NCBI GenBank assembly: GCA_016234845.1
Contig: JACRNP010000012.1
Span: 478-64,477 of the forward strand
Direction: 5' to 3'
Origin: Deltaproteobacteria bacterium
GTDB taxonomy: Bacteria; Desulfobacterota; Deferrimicrobia; Deferrimicrobiales; Deferrimicrobiaceae
DNA length: 64,000 bases
Position numbers and translations under genes: made by a program. Below, one piece after another: positions 45,987 to 55,500 of this stretch; the stretch's first letter is position 1; every line of letters starts with the position of its first letter. A model generated the notes under the pieces. It had not been told where the DNA came from, made no database searches, and saw only the letters and a program-made list of their open reading frames with translations.

Positions 45987-47625
45987 GGTAGGAGATTTCC
46001 TGCCCGCTCGTCTCGAATCCGAGGTCCACATTCACCGTGCCGCCGGTGCGCCACGCATCCGAGATGGCCGCCGCGGTATCCCCGGAGAGGATCGGGGGAA
46101 GGGAGAGCTCGAGCTCGGAAAACATCTGGGACGAGGGATGGTTCGAGGGTCCGCCTCCCGGAACGGTGTACAGCTCCGTTCCCCGCGCGGCCCGTGAAGC
46201 GTCGAGGGAGTCAAGGATCCGGATGGTTCCGGGTAGAATATCGATCCGACGGCGAAGGCGGGCCGGTCCGGGCGCACCGGGGCCAAACGCGTACGACTTG
46301 ATCCGGGTTTCGATCCATCCTCCCGCGCCGAACAGTCGTCCACCGGCGAGACAGGACGAAACCAGCCGCGCGTGCCGACTTCCCCCGGGGAGGGATCGGA
46401 AGGTGGCGGACCCCTCCACCGCATCTCCGGCCGCATGAAGGAAACTCCCGTCCCAGTACGGAATGAAGATTTCACGCCGGGAGCGGAGACAATACGTGTG
46501 CCCGATCCATATCGTCCGGTGCAATGTGTTCGAAAACACCGCGATCCCTCCCCTCCTCTCCTGGAGGTGAACCCGGAACGCATCACCGGAGAACACCCGC
46601 ACCCCCCCCTGTTCCCTGTGGGACGATTTTGGGACATCCTCCCCGGGTTCGACGACCGCATCGGAGCAGCGAAAATGGGCGTCCACGTAAGAGGGGAGGA
46701 AAAAATGGGCGGTATACCGCCGATCGGCAGTCGACGGCGTCGGGATCCTCCCCTCGAAAGCCGCGAGGCGGATCCGGCGCGCGACACGCCGGGCGGCCGG
46801 CTCCTCCTCCGCCCAGCGTTCGATGGCGTAGGGCACGATGAAGTTCGTTCCGCGCCATGAAAGCGAGGAAGGGCTGGAGCCGTCGGGCAGGACGGAGGCG
46901 TCGAGAAATTCCAGCCCGGACCGGATCGCGTCCCGGACTCCCCGGAGTCCGCGGTCGAAGCAGCGCGTGAGGGAATCCAGCGTCAGGGATTCGTACCCCG
47001 GATCGGGCCCGCCGTACTCGGAAGTCCATCCTTCCCGCGTGCGCCCGGACAGGATCCTTTCCAGGAAGCGGTCCCTGGATCGGCCCCACCGGGATCCGAG
47101 GAGGGAGCAAGAGTTGTGGAAGGCGAGAAGCGCGGCGGCGGACTGGTTCCCGGGATGGGATTCCTTTACGCGAGCCATCCAGGCGGCGGCGCGCTCCAGA
47201 ACGGCAAGCACGCTCCGCCTTCCGGCGGAACCGGAGGGATCTCCCGGTTGCAGAAGTACTTCCGAGAGATACGCGGAAAGGTACGCCGTAGCGCAGAAAC
47301 TCGGCTGGCCGGGATACCATTCGGGGAAAGAACCGTTTTTGTTCTGCCGCGATGCGGTAAAGACGAGTGCCCCGCGAAGCAGCCGGAGGAGTTCGTCGTT
47401 CCGATGATACGGATTGCCCCGTCCGTCCTCCGACCAAAGACGGGCGAGGGGATAGACGGCGCACTGCAGGGTCGCCGGGTGGAAATCGCCGGCGAAACGG
47501 TAGAGCCAGGACTCCCGATTGAAGCTCCCCTCCAGCAGGGAGCCCGGGGAACGGTCGAGATCCCCGAGTAGGCGATGCAGGGCGGGGGTGATATGATCCC
47601 AGTATGGTGTTGCGGGAAGGCTCAT
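45925..47625 (-). CDS. Hypothetical (alpha/alpha)-toroid-like protein, possibly heparinase II/III-like or a six-hairpin lyase/glycosidase; function uncertain
   Basis: It is a 566-aa ORF in an operon-like arrangement with the glycosylation/modification genes. Segments such as ASRQNKNGSFPEWYPGQPSFCATAYLSAYL are typical of toroid-fold carbohydrate-active proteins. The family assignment is tentative. Confidence 0.45.
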   Translation of the reverse strand: MSLPATPYWDHITPALHRLLGDLDRSPGSLLEGSFNRESWLYRFAGDFHPATLQCAVYPLARLWSEDGRGNPYHRNDELLRLLRGALVFTASRQNKNGSFPEWYPGQPSFCATAYLSAYLSEVLLQPGDPSGSAGRRSVLAVLERAAAWMARVKESHPGNQSAAALLAFHNSCSLLGSRWGRSRDRFLERILSGRTREGWTSEYGGPDPGYESLTLDSLTRCFDRGLRGVRDAIRSGLEFLDASVLPDGSSPSSLSWRGTNFIVPYAIERWAEEEPAARRVARRIRLAAFEGRIPTPSTADRRYTAHFFLPSYVDAHFRCSDAVVEPGEDVPKSSHREQGGVRVFSGDAFRVHLQERRGGIAVFSNTLHRTIWIGHTYCLRSRREIFIPYWDGSFLHAAGDAVEGSATFRSLPGGSRHARLVSSCLAGGRLFGAGGWIETRIKSYAFGPGAPGPARLRRRIDILPGTIRILDSLDASRAARGTELYTVPGGGPSNHPSSQMFSELELSLPPILSGDTAAAISDAWRTGGTVNVDLGFETSGQEISYRCLVGNRETSRGKIVARTVR

Positions 47626-47633
47626 CTTATCGG

Positions 47634-48215
47634 GTGTACGTCGTACCCGCCGTGGCGGTTACTCTCATTGCTCTCATCTTCATCATAATACGTTTGGAGC
47701 GGGACTCTTCCCGGTATTTGCGGCTCGGCGACCAGTCGGTCCGCAGCGGGCGGACCGCGGAAGCACTTTTCTACTGGAAGATGTCCCTGCTGATGTACGT
47801 GCCGTACTCACCCGCATCCCGTCAGGCGGGCGAACGGATAAGGGCCACCGCGGTGGCGTCCCTGGAGAGGGGGGATGTCGAAACCGCAGCGCGTGCCTTC
47901 GGGTACCTGAGATCCGGTCTCCTCGGGATCCGGCACATCGCGCAACCGATGCCCGACCTGCTTCTCGACGCGGAAAAACATCTCATCGTTCTTCGGCCTT
48001 CCGTGTCGCGGGATACGGAGGATTCAAGGTTCCGGCCGGGAGGATCCGCCCTCGCGGGTACGGCACTCCTTTGCGCCGGATTTCTCGCGTGGCCGATATC
48101 CTTTTTCTGGATGCTGCACGGCTGGGGGAAGTTCGGCCGACCGCTCCAGCCGCGTTATGCGCTTCCCGGTACGATTTCACTCCTGATGCTCGCCGCGGGT
48201 GCCTTGCTCGCCTGA
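47634..48215 (+). CDS. Hypothetical small membrane protein
   Basis: The GTG at 47634 gives VYVVPAVAVTLIALIFIII (TM) and a C-terminal TM (GFLAWPISFFWMLHGW). The region is locally less GC-rich. The ORF-track start at 47604 would overlap the divergent gene start. Confidence 0.4.
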   Translation: MYVVPAVAVTLIALIFIIIRLERDSSRYLRLGDQSVRSGRTAEALFYWKMSLLMYVPYSPASRQAGERIRATAVASLERGDVETAARAFGYLRSGLLGIRHIAQPMPDLLLDAEKHLIVLRPSVSRDTEDSRFRPGGSALAGTALLCAGFLAWPISFFWMLHGWGKFGRPLQPRYALPGTISLLMLAAGALLA

Positions 48216-48230
48216 GGACTTCGAATCCGG

Positions 48231-49589
48231 TTACGGTTTCGTAAGGACCGCCACTCCCAACGTGCCGAAACGGGACTCCTTCCCGGCGTCTCTTCCGAGT
48301 CGCCGCTCCATCCAGCCGGCGAAACGGTTCTCCGGCACTTCACGGTGGAGGTAGGTCCGTCCTCCCGATCGACGGTACTGCTGATAAAGTCGGAAGAATT
48401 CCGGGAGGAGCGGGGGAACCGGGAACCTTCGGTGGATTTTCACGCGGAATCCCGCATCCCGGGCGTGGCGCGCGACCGTATCGGGGCGGACCGGCCGGTA
48501 CGGGCCGAAGAAGGAGTGGACAGCCGTCTTCCGAAGGTTGTCGCCGCGGGACGCGAGCAGGAGGCGGTGGAGGGCCCCATACAGGGAGGATGATATCCGG
48601 AATACGACCAGGAAGCGGCCTCCGGACCGGAGCAACCGCCAGATCCGCTCGAAGAGACGCCGGTACTCCCGCTCCGGCAGCCGCTCGATCCGGAATATCA
48701 GCGTGGCGTTGTCGAAAACGCCGTCCGGAAATGGATCGAGCCGTTCGAAGGTTAGGAATGATGCCTCGGGAAAGGTCCGCGCCAGCGTTTCGCGGGAGTA
48801 CCCGGATGTCTCCTCGGAGAGGTCGGCGAAGGTGGCCAGGCACTTGACGGGCCGAAAGAACTCGAGTGAAGAATGCCCGTCGTAGGAGAACAGGTCCAGG
48901 CAGGTTCCGCCCTCCAGCGGGAACAGGGATCGGGCCTCGGAGATCTCCAGGGGGGAGAAGATGTCCTGGGGGGTACCTTGAATGGTCTTCCCGCACTCCA
49001 GCCGCTGGTGTGTCCGGATCTGCTCCAGGTTCCAGCGATCGGCGTCGTGGGTCAGCGGATAGGCAGGCGCTTCGGAAAAGCGTCCCCAATGGGTTATCTC
49101 CTCGATCGGCTTCCTGGAGGGAGGGGGAGGGGCCTCGTCCGGATATCCCGTCAGAACGATCGATGTCAGGAAATATTCCGGCGGGTAACCGAGGATCTTC
49201 CGGCAGCGGGCCTCGTTCCCGAAGGAGTTGAGCCAGAGCGCACCCAGTCCCTGGTTCCCCGCCTCGATGAGCATATTTTCGATTGCGGCGGAAGAGGACT
49301 GGAATCCTTCCGCCATGTTTTCGTTCCTGTACAGGCATGCGATCGCGACGGGCGCCTCCTTCAGCAGGCGGGACGCTCCCGCATCCCGTACGAGCGCGGC
49401 TCTCGCTTCGGCATCTTCGATCACGATGAAGTGCCAATCCTGGCGGTTGCATGCGGAAGGCGCGATCCGCGCGGCTTCGAGAAGCGCGAGGATTTTCCCC
49501 CGTTCCACGGGCCGATGCCGGAATCGGCGTACGCTCCTCCGGTTCCGAAGGAGTTCGGATATCGGCGGGATCCTATTTTCCGGCGACAT
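48231..49589 (-). CDS. Nitroreductase-family domain fused to a class I SAM-methyltransferase-like domain
   Basis: The N-terminus is LRNRRSVRRFRHRPVERGKILALLEAARIAPSACNRQDWHFIVIED (nitroreductase). The C-terminal half has methyltransferase-like motifs GGTCLDLFSYDGHSS...LLRSGGRFLVVF. Confidence 0.65.
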   Translation of the reverse strand: MSPENRIPPISELLRNRRSVRRFRHRPVERGKILALLEAARIAPSACNRQDWHFIVIEDAEARAALVRDAGASRLLKEAPVAIACLYRNENMAEGFQSSSAAIENMLIEAGNQGLGALWLNSFGNEARCRKILGYPPEYFLTSIVLTGYPDEAPPPPSRKPIEEITHWGRFSEAPAYPLTHDADRWNLEQIRTHQRLECGKTIQGTPQDIFSPLEISEARSLFPLEGGTCLDLFSYDGHSSLEFFRPVKCLATFADLSEETSGYSRETLARTFPEASFLTFERLDPFPDGVFDNATLIFRIERLPEREYRRLFERIWRLLRSGGRFLVVFRISSSLYGALHRLLLASRGDNLRKTAVHSFFGPYRPVRPDTVARHARDAGFRVKIHRRFPVPPLLPEFFRLYQQYRRSGGRTYLHREVPENRFAGWMERRLGRDAGKESRFGTLGVAVLTKP

Positions 49590-50301
49590 AAAACTGGCGC
49601 AACCCGAGATCGGAAAGACCGAGGGCGTTCATGGCAGGTGCAATCCGCTCCGCGAGGGAAAGGAGTGCCCCGCACTCGACGGGGAGAAAGAGGGTCCCTT
49701 GATGCTCGCGCAGCCGGAATCCCGCCGCCGCCAGCATCCGCTTCACCTCCCAGGAGAAATAGAACCGGTGGGGCCCCTCCCCGTGGTCCGCTGTCGCCCG
49801 TTCGTATAGGCGTTGGGGGAGTTCCATGACGGCTGTCGGCGCGCTCAGGATGAGGATCCCCTCGGGACGGAGCGCCCGGAAAAGACCCGAGAGAAACGCT
49901 TTCGGATCGGGGGAGTGTTCCAGCGTTTCCAGGCTGAGGAGGAAATGGAACGGTTCGCGGAACCGCATCGTTTCGGGGGTCAGATCCGTCATTCCGAACG
50001 ATTCGAGGGGAAATTTCTTCCGGCTGATCCCGATCATCACCTCCGACGCCTCCAGGTTCGCGATCTCCGCGTCCGGCATCCGTTTTCTCAGGTAGGGGAG
50101 AGCTTCCCCGGTGCGGGACCACACATTGAGGATTCGGAGCGGACGAATGCCGTCCAGATGCCGCCCGTGGATATTCCAAAGGTCTATCGCCTTCCGGAAT
50201 CTCTGGTGGTGGATCCGACGAACGCGGTCGTTCGAATTGTCGTATTCGTCCCCGACGGCGTCCCAGTGCGCCCGCACCGCTTCGATGGTGAATCCGGCCA
50301 T
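49573..50301 (-). CDS. Class I SAM-dependent methyltransferase
   Basis: Motifs RILNVWSRTGEALPYL (motif I-like) and RALRPEGILILSAP are present. The likely start is MAGFTIEAV at 50301, overlapping the upstream stop. Confidence 0.65.
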   Translation of the reverse strand: MAGFTIEAVRAHWDAVGDEYDNSNDRVRRIHHQRFRKAIDLWNIHGRHLDGIRPLRILNVWSRTGEALPYLRKRMPDAEIANLEASEVMIGISRKKFPLESFGMTDLTPETMRFREPFHFLLSLETLEHSPDPKAFLSGLFRALRPEGILILSAPTAVMELPQRLYERATADHGEGPHRFYFSWEVKRMLAAAGFRLREHQGTLFLPVECGALLSLAERIAPAMNALGLSDLGLRQFYVAGK

Positions 50302-50302
50302 C

Positions 50303-51211
50303 TCACCCCCTCCGGTCGATGAGATCGGCAAGTACTCCGATTGCTCCCGTAAGAAGGAAGGCCACCCAGACGATGACCGTCTTTTCCGTGATATCGTTTA
50401 AATGGATGATGTCGTAAAGAGTAAGGGTCACCGCGGAGGCGCCCGCGGCGAGGCACAAGGGAAGGAAGAATTTCAGCGGGTCGAAATGGACCACGGTTCG
50501 GACGATCAAGTGGAGGAAAAGCACCGTGTCGCGGAGGGGACGGATCTTGGAGACGCCTACCCTCGGGTGATAGGGGATGGGAACATATGCGACCCGGTAG
50601 GCGTTCATCAGGAGCGCCAGCGTGATCGTGGAGGTCAAGGAAAATCCGTCGGGGAGCATGCGGAAAAATTTCTCCAGCAGCTCCTTCCGGATGATCCGGA
50701 GGCCGGAGTTCAGATCCGGAATCGGGTGACGTACCAGGCGATGCGCCAGGGCCCGGATCATCCATTTGCCTGCCCTCCGTCCGAGGGAGGGACCCGCCCC
50801 GCCGCCCGGCCGGGCACCGACGACCATGTCCGAGTGAGGAAGTTCCGCGATGATTCCGGGGATTGCCTCCGCCGGATAGGATCCGTCGCCGTCGATCAAC
50901 AGGATCCACGGGTGCCGGGCGGCCCGGAACCCCTTCTTGATCGAGTATCCGTATCCCGTGTTGACGGGGTTGTGGATCACCCGGCAGCAGGGGAGGGAGA
51001 CGGCGTCAAGGATGGCCCCGGTGGCGTCGGTGGAACCGTCGTCGACGATCAGGATCTCGTACGATTCCGTGCAGCTTTCGAGAATGCGCTGAAGCCGGCG
51101 GAGCGTGTCCTCGATGGCCCCCTCCTCGTTGTAAACAGGGAGGATGGCGGATATGTTCCTATCCGGAGTATCGGATGCCAAGGGGTCGCAGGGTGACTTT
51201 TTTTGCTTCAT
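50303..51211 (-). CDS. Family-2 glycosyltransferase, polyprenyl/dolichyl-phosphate sugar synthase-like (DPM1/GtrB/ArnC-type) with C-terminal TM helices
   Basis: Motifs are ISAILPVYNEEGAIEDTL...YEILIVDDGSTDAT...LLIDGDGSYP. Two C-terminal TM helices follow (TVLFLHLIVRTV..., LPLCLAAGASAVTLTLY). The likely start is MKQKK at 51211; the ORF track gives 51259. Confidence 0.75.
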   Translation of the reverse strand: MKQKKSPCDPLASDTPDRNISAILPVYNEEGAIEDTLRRLQRILESCTESYEILIVDDGSTDATGAILDAVSLPCCRVIHNPVNTGYGYSIKKGFRAARHPWILLIDGDGSYPAEAIPGIIAELPHSDMVVGARPGGGAGPSLGRRAGKWMIRALAHRLVRHPIPDLNSGLRIIRKELLEKFFRMLPDGFSLTSTITLALLMNAYRVAYVPIPYHPRVGVSKIRPLRDTVLFLHLIVRTVVHFDPLKFFLPLCLAAGASAVTLTLYDIIHLNDITEKTVIVWVAFLLTGAIGVLADLIDRRG

Positions 51212-51255
51212 GTTACACGGGATTCTCCTTTCGCGCCATCCACCTTGGCGTAGCG

Positions 51256-52389
51256 GCAATGGTTCTGGTCATTTCAGTCGTCAACGTGTCGATCGCCGCG
51301 GAAGCCGATCCCGTCCATATACGCGATGCGGATTGGTTTAAACGGGGTGGTGTGCCGGAAATCCTCGCTTCGGATCCGGGCGCTCCCATGCTGCTTTTCT
51401 CCGCGGACGACCAGGTCCGCACCCTCCTGCCCGGAAGATTTTCTTCCGCTCCGGTTCGACTCACGCAAGTGGTTCCGCTGGAATCCGGAGTCGACCAATC
51501 CCACTTCGAACGGTGGCTCGCCACGCTTCCGGTCGATGTCCGCAACGCAGGGCGGTTCACCCTCGACAATGGCGTCATCCGCGGCAAGGGGGGATTCGGG
51601 GAAGCCACCGTGACAGCGCTGGACCGGCCGGGGGAGTGGCCTCGACGTCCGATCCTCGTGATCGATACCGCCTTCCTTCTCTCCCTGTACAAGGATGAAG
51701 TCCGCACGCCGATGGTCCCTCTGGTTGTAAAATTGTACGCGACGATCCGGAGAGCGGATATCGCTCCCATATCGGTCTGGATCGTCAGCAGGAACCGAGA
51801 AGTATCTTTCCCACTGGAGTTCGGGTACCTTCCGGTCCTCGTCCGGGAGATATTCTCCACCCCGCGCAACTTTCGGGAAGAGCTCCCGGAGACCTGGAGG
51901 CGAGTGCAATCCGCCCAGCAGCTTGTTTTTTTCGGTCAAACCGATGAGGCGCTCGAAGCATTGAAGGAACTTCTCTTCCCGGAAACCGCGTCGTACGCAT
52001 ACTACCAATCGGCGGTACTGCAGTTCCGGGAGGCGCGGATCGAAGAAGGAGTGCGGAATCTTCGAGCCGGGTCTTCGATCGATTCCGACTACGGAAGGGG
52101 GTTTCTCCTCCAGGCAGGCGCTTTTTGGGCCAAGGGAGAAGTCGGGATCGCCGAATTCATTCTCCGCGAAGGATTTTCGATGTTCCCCGGAGAGACATCC
52201 TTGGCCGTAGGTTTGGCCAGGTCGCTGGCGGAGCAGGCGATCGGTGAGAGGGATGAGGCGCCTGACCGGTCGATGATGCGAATTCGAGAGGCCATCGGTT
52301 TGCCCATCCCGGATGAGTTACGGAAAGAGATCCTGCATGCTTACGGCGGTCCGCCGATTGATTCGGGGGCGGCTGGGAATTCCGAGTGA
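51256..52389 (+). CDS. Secreted hypothetical protein
   Basis: It is divergent from the GT2 gene. The signal peptide is MVLVISVVNVSIAAEA. I recognised no family. The ORF-track start at 51175 would overlap the divergent gene. Confidence 0.5.
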   Translation, partial: AMVLVISVVNVSIAAEADPVHIRDADWFKRGGVPEILASDPGAPMLLFSADDQVRTLLPGRFSSAPVRLTQVVPLESGVDQSHFERWLATLPVDVRNAGRFTLDNGVIRGKGGFGEATVTALDRPGEWPRRPILVIDTAFLLSLYKDEVRTPMVPLVVKLYATIRRADIAPISVWIVSRNREVSFPLEFGYLPVLVREIFSTPRNFREELPETWRRVQSAQQLVFFGQTDEALEALKELLFPETASYAYYQSAVLQFREARIEEGVRNLRAGSSIDSDYGRGFLLQAGAFWAKGEVGIAEFILREGFSMFPGETSLAVGLARSLAEQAIGERDEAPDRSMMRIREAIGLPIPDELRKEILHAYGGPPIDSGAAGNSE

Positions 52390-52424
52390 ATACTCGATCC
52401 AATCAATCCCGAAGGAATTATCGA

Positions 52425-52453
52425 TTGTTTTGACCGGTAAAATCACCTATAAT
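52425..52453 (+). promoter_or_regulatory. Candidate sigma70-type promoter for the metalloprotease gene
   Basis: TTGTTT (52425-52430) is followed by a 17-nt spacer and a perfect TATAAT (52448-52453). This sits in the only markedly AT-rich intergenic region (52390..52512). A T8 run at 52462-52469 lies downstream. Confidence 0.35.
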
Positions 52454-52512
52454 TCCAGCGGTTTTTTTTACGTTTCCCGGAGGGCGGGTGCGCTTAGGGG
52501 CTCGATGACGCG

Positions 52513-55500
52513 ATGACGAGAAAGGCGATTGGACTAGTTGCATTGGCCGTGTACTTCGGCTACGGAGCGGCACCGACGATCGCGTTGCCTCCCCCGCGAC
52601 CCGGTCTCGTCGATCCCCTGACGCATCGATACCGGACCACCGGAGCGAAAACCCCCGTCATTCCAAAAGAAGTCCGGACATACCGCCGGGCGGCGCCGCT
52701 GGGCGGGAAAGTGCCGCTGGCGACGAAGTCAACCTCTTCCAAGGCGGCAGGGCTCCCCCGTGCCATCAGTTCCGCGACCGATAACCAGGTCGCTCCGCTC
52801 GTCCTGCTGATCGATTTTTCCACGCGCCCGGCCTCGGCCAGCCCCTCGATATCGGACAATGCGGTGTTCGCAAGCCTCTTCTTCGGGACGGGCGCGACCG
52901 ATCTCTCCGTCGCCAACTACTGGCGCGAGGTGTCGTACGGCAAGTTCGTCCTCGCGCGTCCGCGGGACAAGGCGCCGATCGATCCGTCCCGCCCGGACGT
53001 CGCGGGATGGTTGCGCGCGGACGCTTTCTCCGCGATCACGCCCGCGGACATCGCCGGTGTCCAGGTGGCGAACGTGCGGCAGCTCCTGTCGGACGCGGTC
53101 GGGTTCCTCGCAGGGCAGGGTTTCGACTTCCGGCCGTACGTGCGCGCCTCGGACCTTACGTTCCACTCCGTGATCATCGTCCACCCCGGGTACGGGCAGG
53201 AGGATGCCGGGGCGGCAGGCGACCCGTACTCCCACACCGCCGGTCTTTCCGTCCCGATTCCCGTGTCGATTTCCGGAACGACCTACAGCATCGTGGACTA
53301 CACGATCGTCCCGGGGTTGCAGGCTCCCTCGACGGGGGCGACGAATCCCGCGGTGGACCCGAGGATCGGCGCGGGGGTCATCGTCCACGAGATGGGCCAT
53401 CTGTTCGGCCTGCCCGACCTGTATCCGACCTCCACGGCGGGGCAGGTCGCAACGGACAACGTGTTTTCGGGAGCCGGCGTCTTCGACCTGATGGCGTACG
53501 GGATGTGGGGGAATAACCTTCTTCAGAACCCGTCGAACCCAGCGCACCTCTCCGCGTGGTCCAAGGCGCACCTCGGTTGGCTCGTTCCGACCCTGGTCAC
53601 CTCCAGCAGCCCGCGGACGTTGCGCCCGGTCGAGATCTTCCCCGAGGTCGACAAGGTCTGGTCGAACAGTCCGGCGGACCCGACGCAATATTTCCTGGTG
53701 GAGAACCGGGAACAGTCGAGCTCGCTGGGGAGCTGGCTGTTCGACCAGACCGGGATGGCGGGCGCGCTGATCTGGCAGATCGACGAAGAGGTGATCAACG
53801 CGCACCTGGCCACCAACGACGTGAACTCCAATCCCGCGTTCCGAGGCGTATACGTGAAGGAGGCGGACGGGATCCCCCACATGGGGCAGACGATCCCGCT
53901 GACGGGAACCCCGAACGACCGGGCGCCGTACTTCGGGCAGCAGGCGGACCTCTTTCTCACCGCCGGCCAGACGTTCAACCGAACGACACCGTCCACTACC
54001 GTGAACTCCACGCCGATCCTGGACAATACCTTCACGGACCATCCGTTCGATTTCGGACAGCAGGTGGCCTTGGTATCCTTCAGCCGCCTCGTTTCCAACG
54101 CGATCGATTACACGGTCAGCATCGTCGGAGGCGGCACGAGCGTCCCGTCGTGGAAGACGTTCAACATCGCGAGCACCACCGGCAGGTACGCGGACCCGAT
54201 GCGGAGCGACGATATCCTCTCGATCGCGTTCGATTCCGGCAACAACGTCTGGCTGGGGAGCAAGGATCGCGGAATCGCCCGGTTCACCGGCACCAACTTC
54301 GACATCCTGAACACCCTCGACGGACTCCCGGCGGGGACGTCGACCGAGGCGGCGCCGATCCTCTCGATGGCGCCCGAGACCCGGTCCGGGAGCATGTGGG
54401 TCGGGACCGACCGGGGGATGTTCAAGATGCGGGATTCCGGCTCCGGGTTCCGGGTCCTCTCCTCCCTGACGGAGTCGTCCTCCGGGAACCGGAAGCTCCC
54501 CGCGGGGACGGGGACGATCCGCTCGATCGTGGTTCGGGGCGGGTTCCTTTCGGGCACCACGCCGATCGACATCAAGTACGCGGCCACCCCCCAGGGGGTG
54601 ATCCGGGTGAACGACCTCGACACGGACGCCGATCCGGTCGACCCGATCTCGGTGATCCTCGTCGGGGACATGTCGGCGGTGGCGCTGGACGACAACGGGA
54701 ACACGACCGCGGCGGACGATCTGCTGTGGGTCGGAGACCGGTCCGGAAACGTGTACCGGTCTCGGTTGCCCGGGGCGGACGGCGGCCCCGCGAGCGCGGA
54801 TCCCACGTTCGACGCCCAGTTCAAGCGGATGTTCACGCTGACCGGGAGCCAGGTGACCTCCCTCGCGGTGGACAAGAATGGGCGCCTTTGGATCGGGACC
54901 GACACGCTCGGGCTCCGGGTGTTCGACATCGGCGAAACGCTCACCCCCGCGGCGGCGAACCTGGGCGATCCTTTCGATTTCGACAACGACGGAGACACGA
55001 CGGAAACGGTCGGGCCGCCGTTCCTGGACGCCGGGAGGGGGCTGGCCTCCAACAACGTGGGTTCGATCGCGTTCCAGTCGACAACGGATACGGATGCCGT
55101 CGCCTGGGTCGCACACCTTCGGGATTCGTTGGGAAACGAGGGGGGCGCAAGCCGGTTCAACGCGAACGCGACCAACGACAACACCACCGTCGTGGACGAG
55201 CGGGTGACGGTGTTCCGTCCGGACCCCGCGGTTCCGCTGCCGGAGAACCAGGTGACCGGCCCGGCGTCGACGTCCGTCGTCGCCGCCGCCGCGGACAGCG
55301 CCGGAAACGTCTGGTTCGGGACGACGACCCCCGGCGCCGCCGGCGCGTCCCGGTTCGGGAACGCCGGGATCGTGTCGCTCGACCGCAGCAACTACGTCAA
55401 CATCTCCGTCATCGCGACGGCGACGCTCCAGGACGACGGCCTGAACACGGACCCGGGGGTCGTGGACGTCGCCATCGTCCGGGTCACCAGCGCTTCGGAC

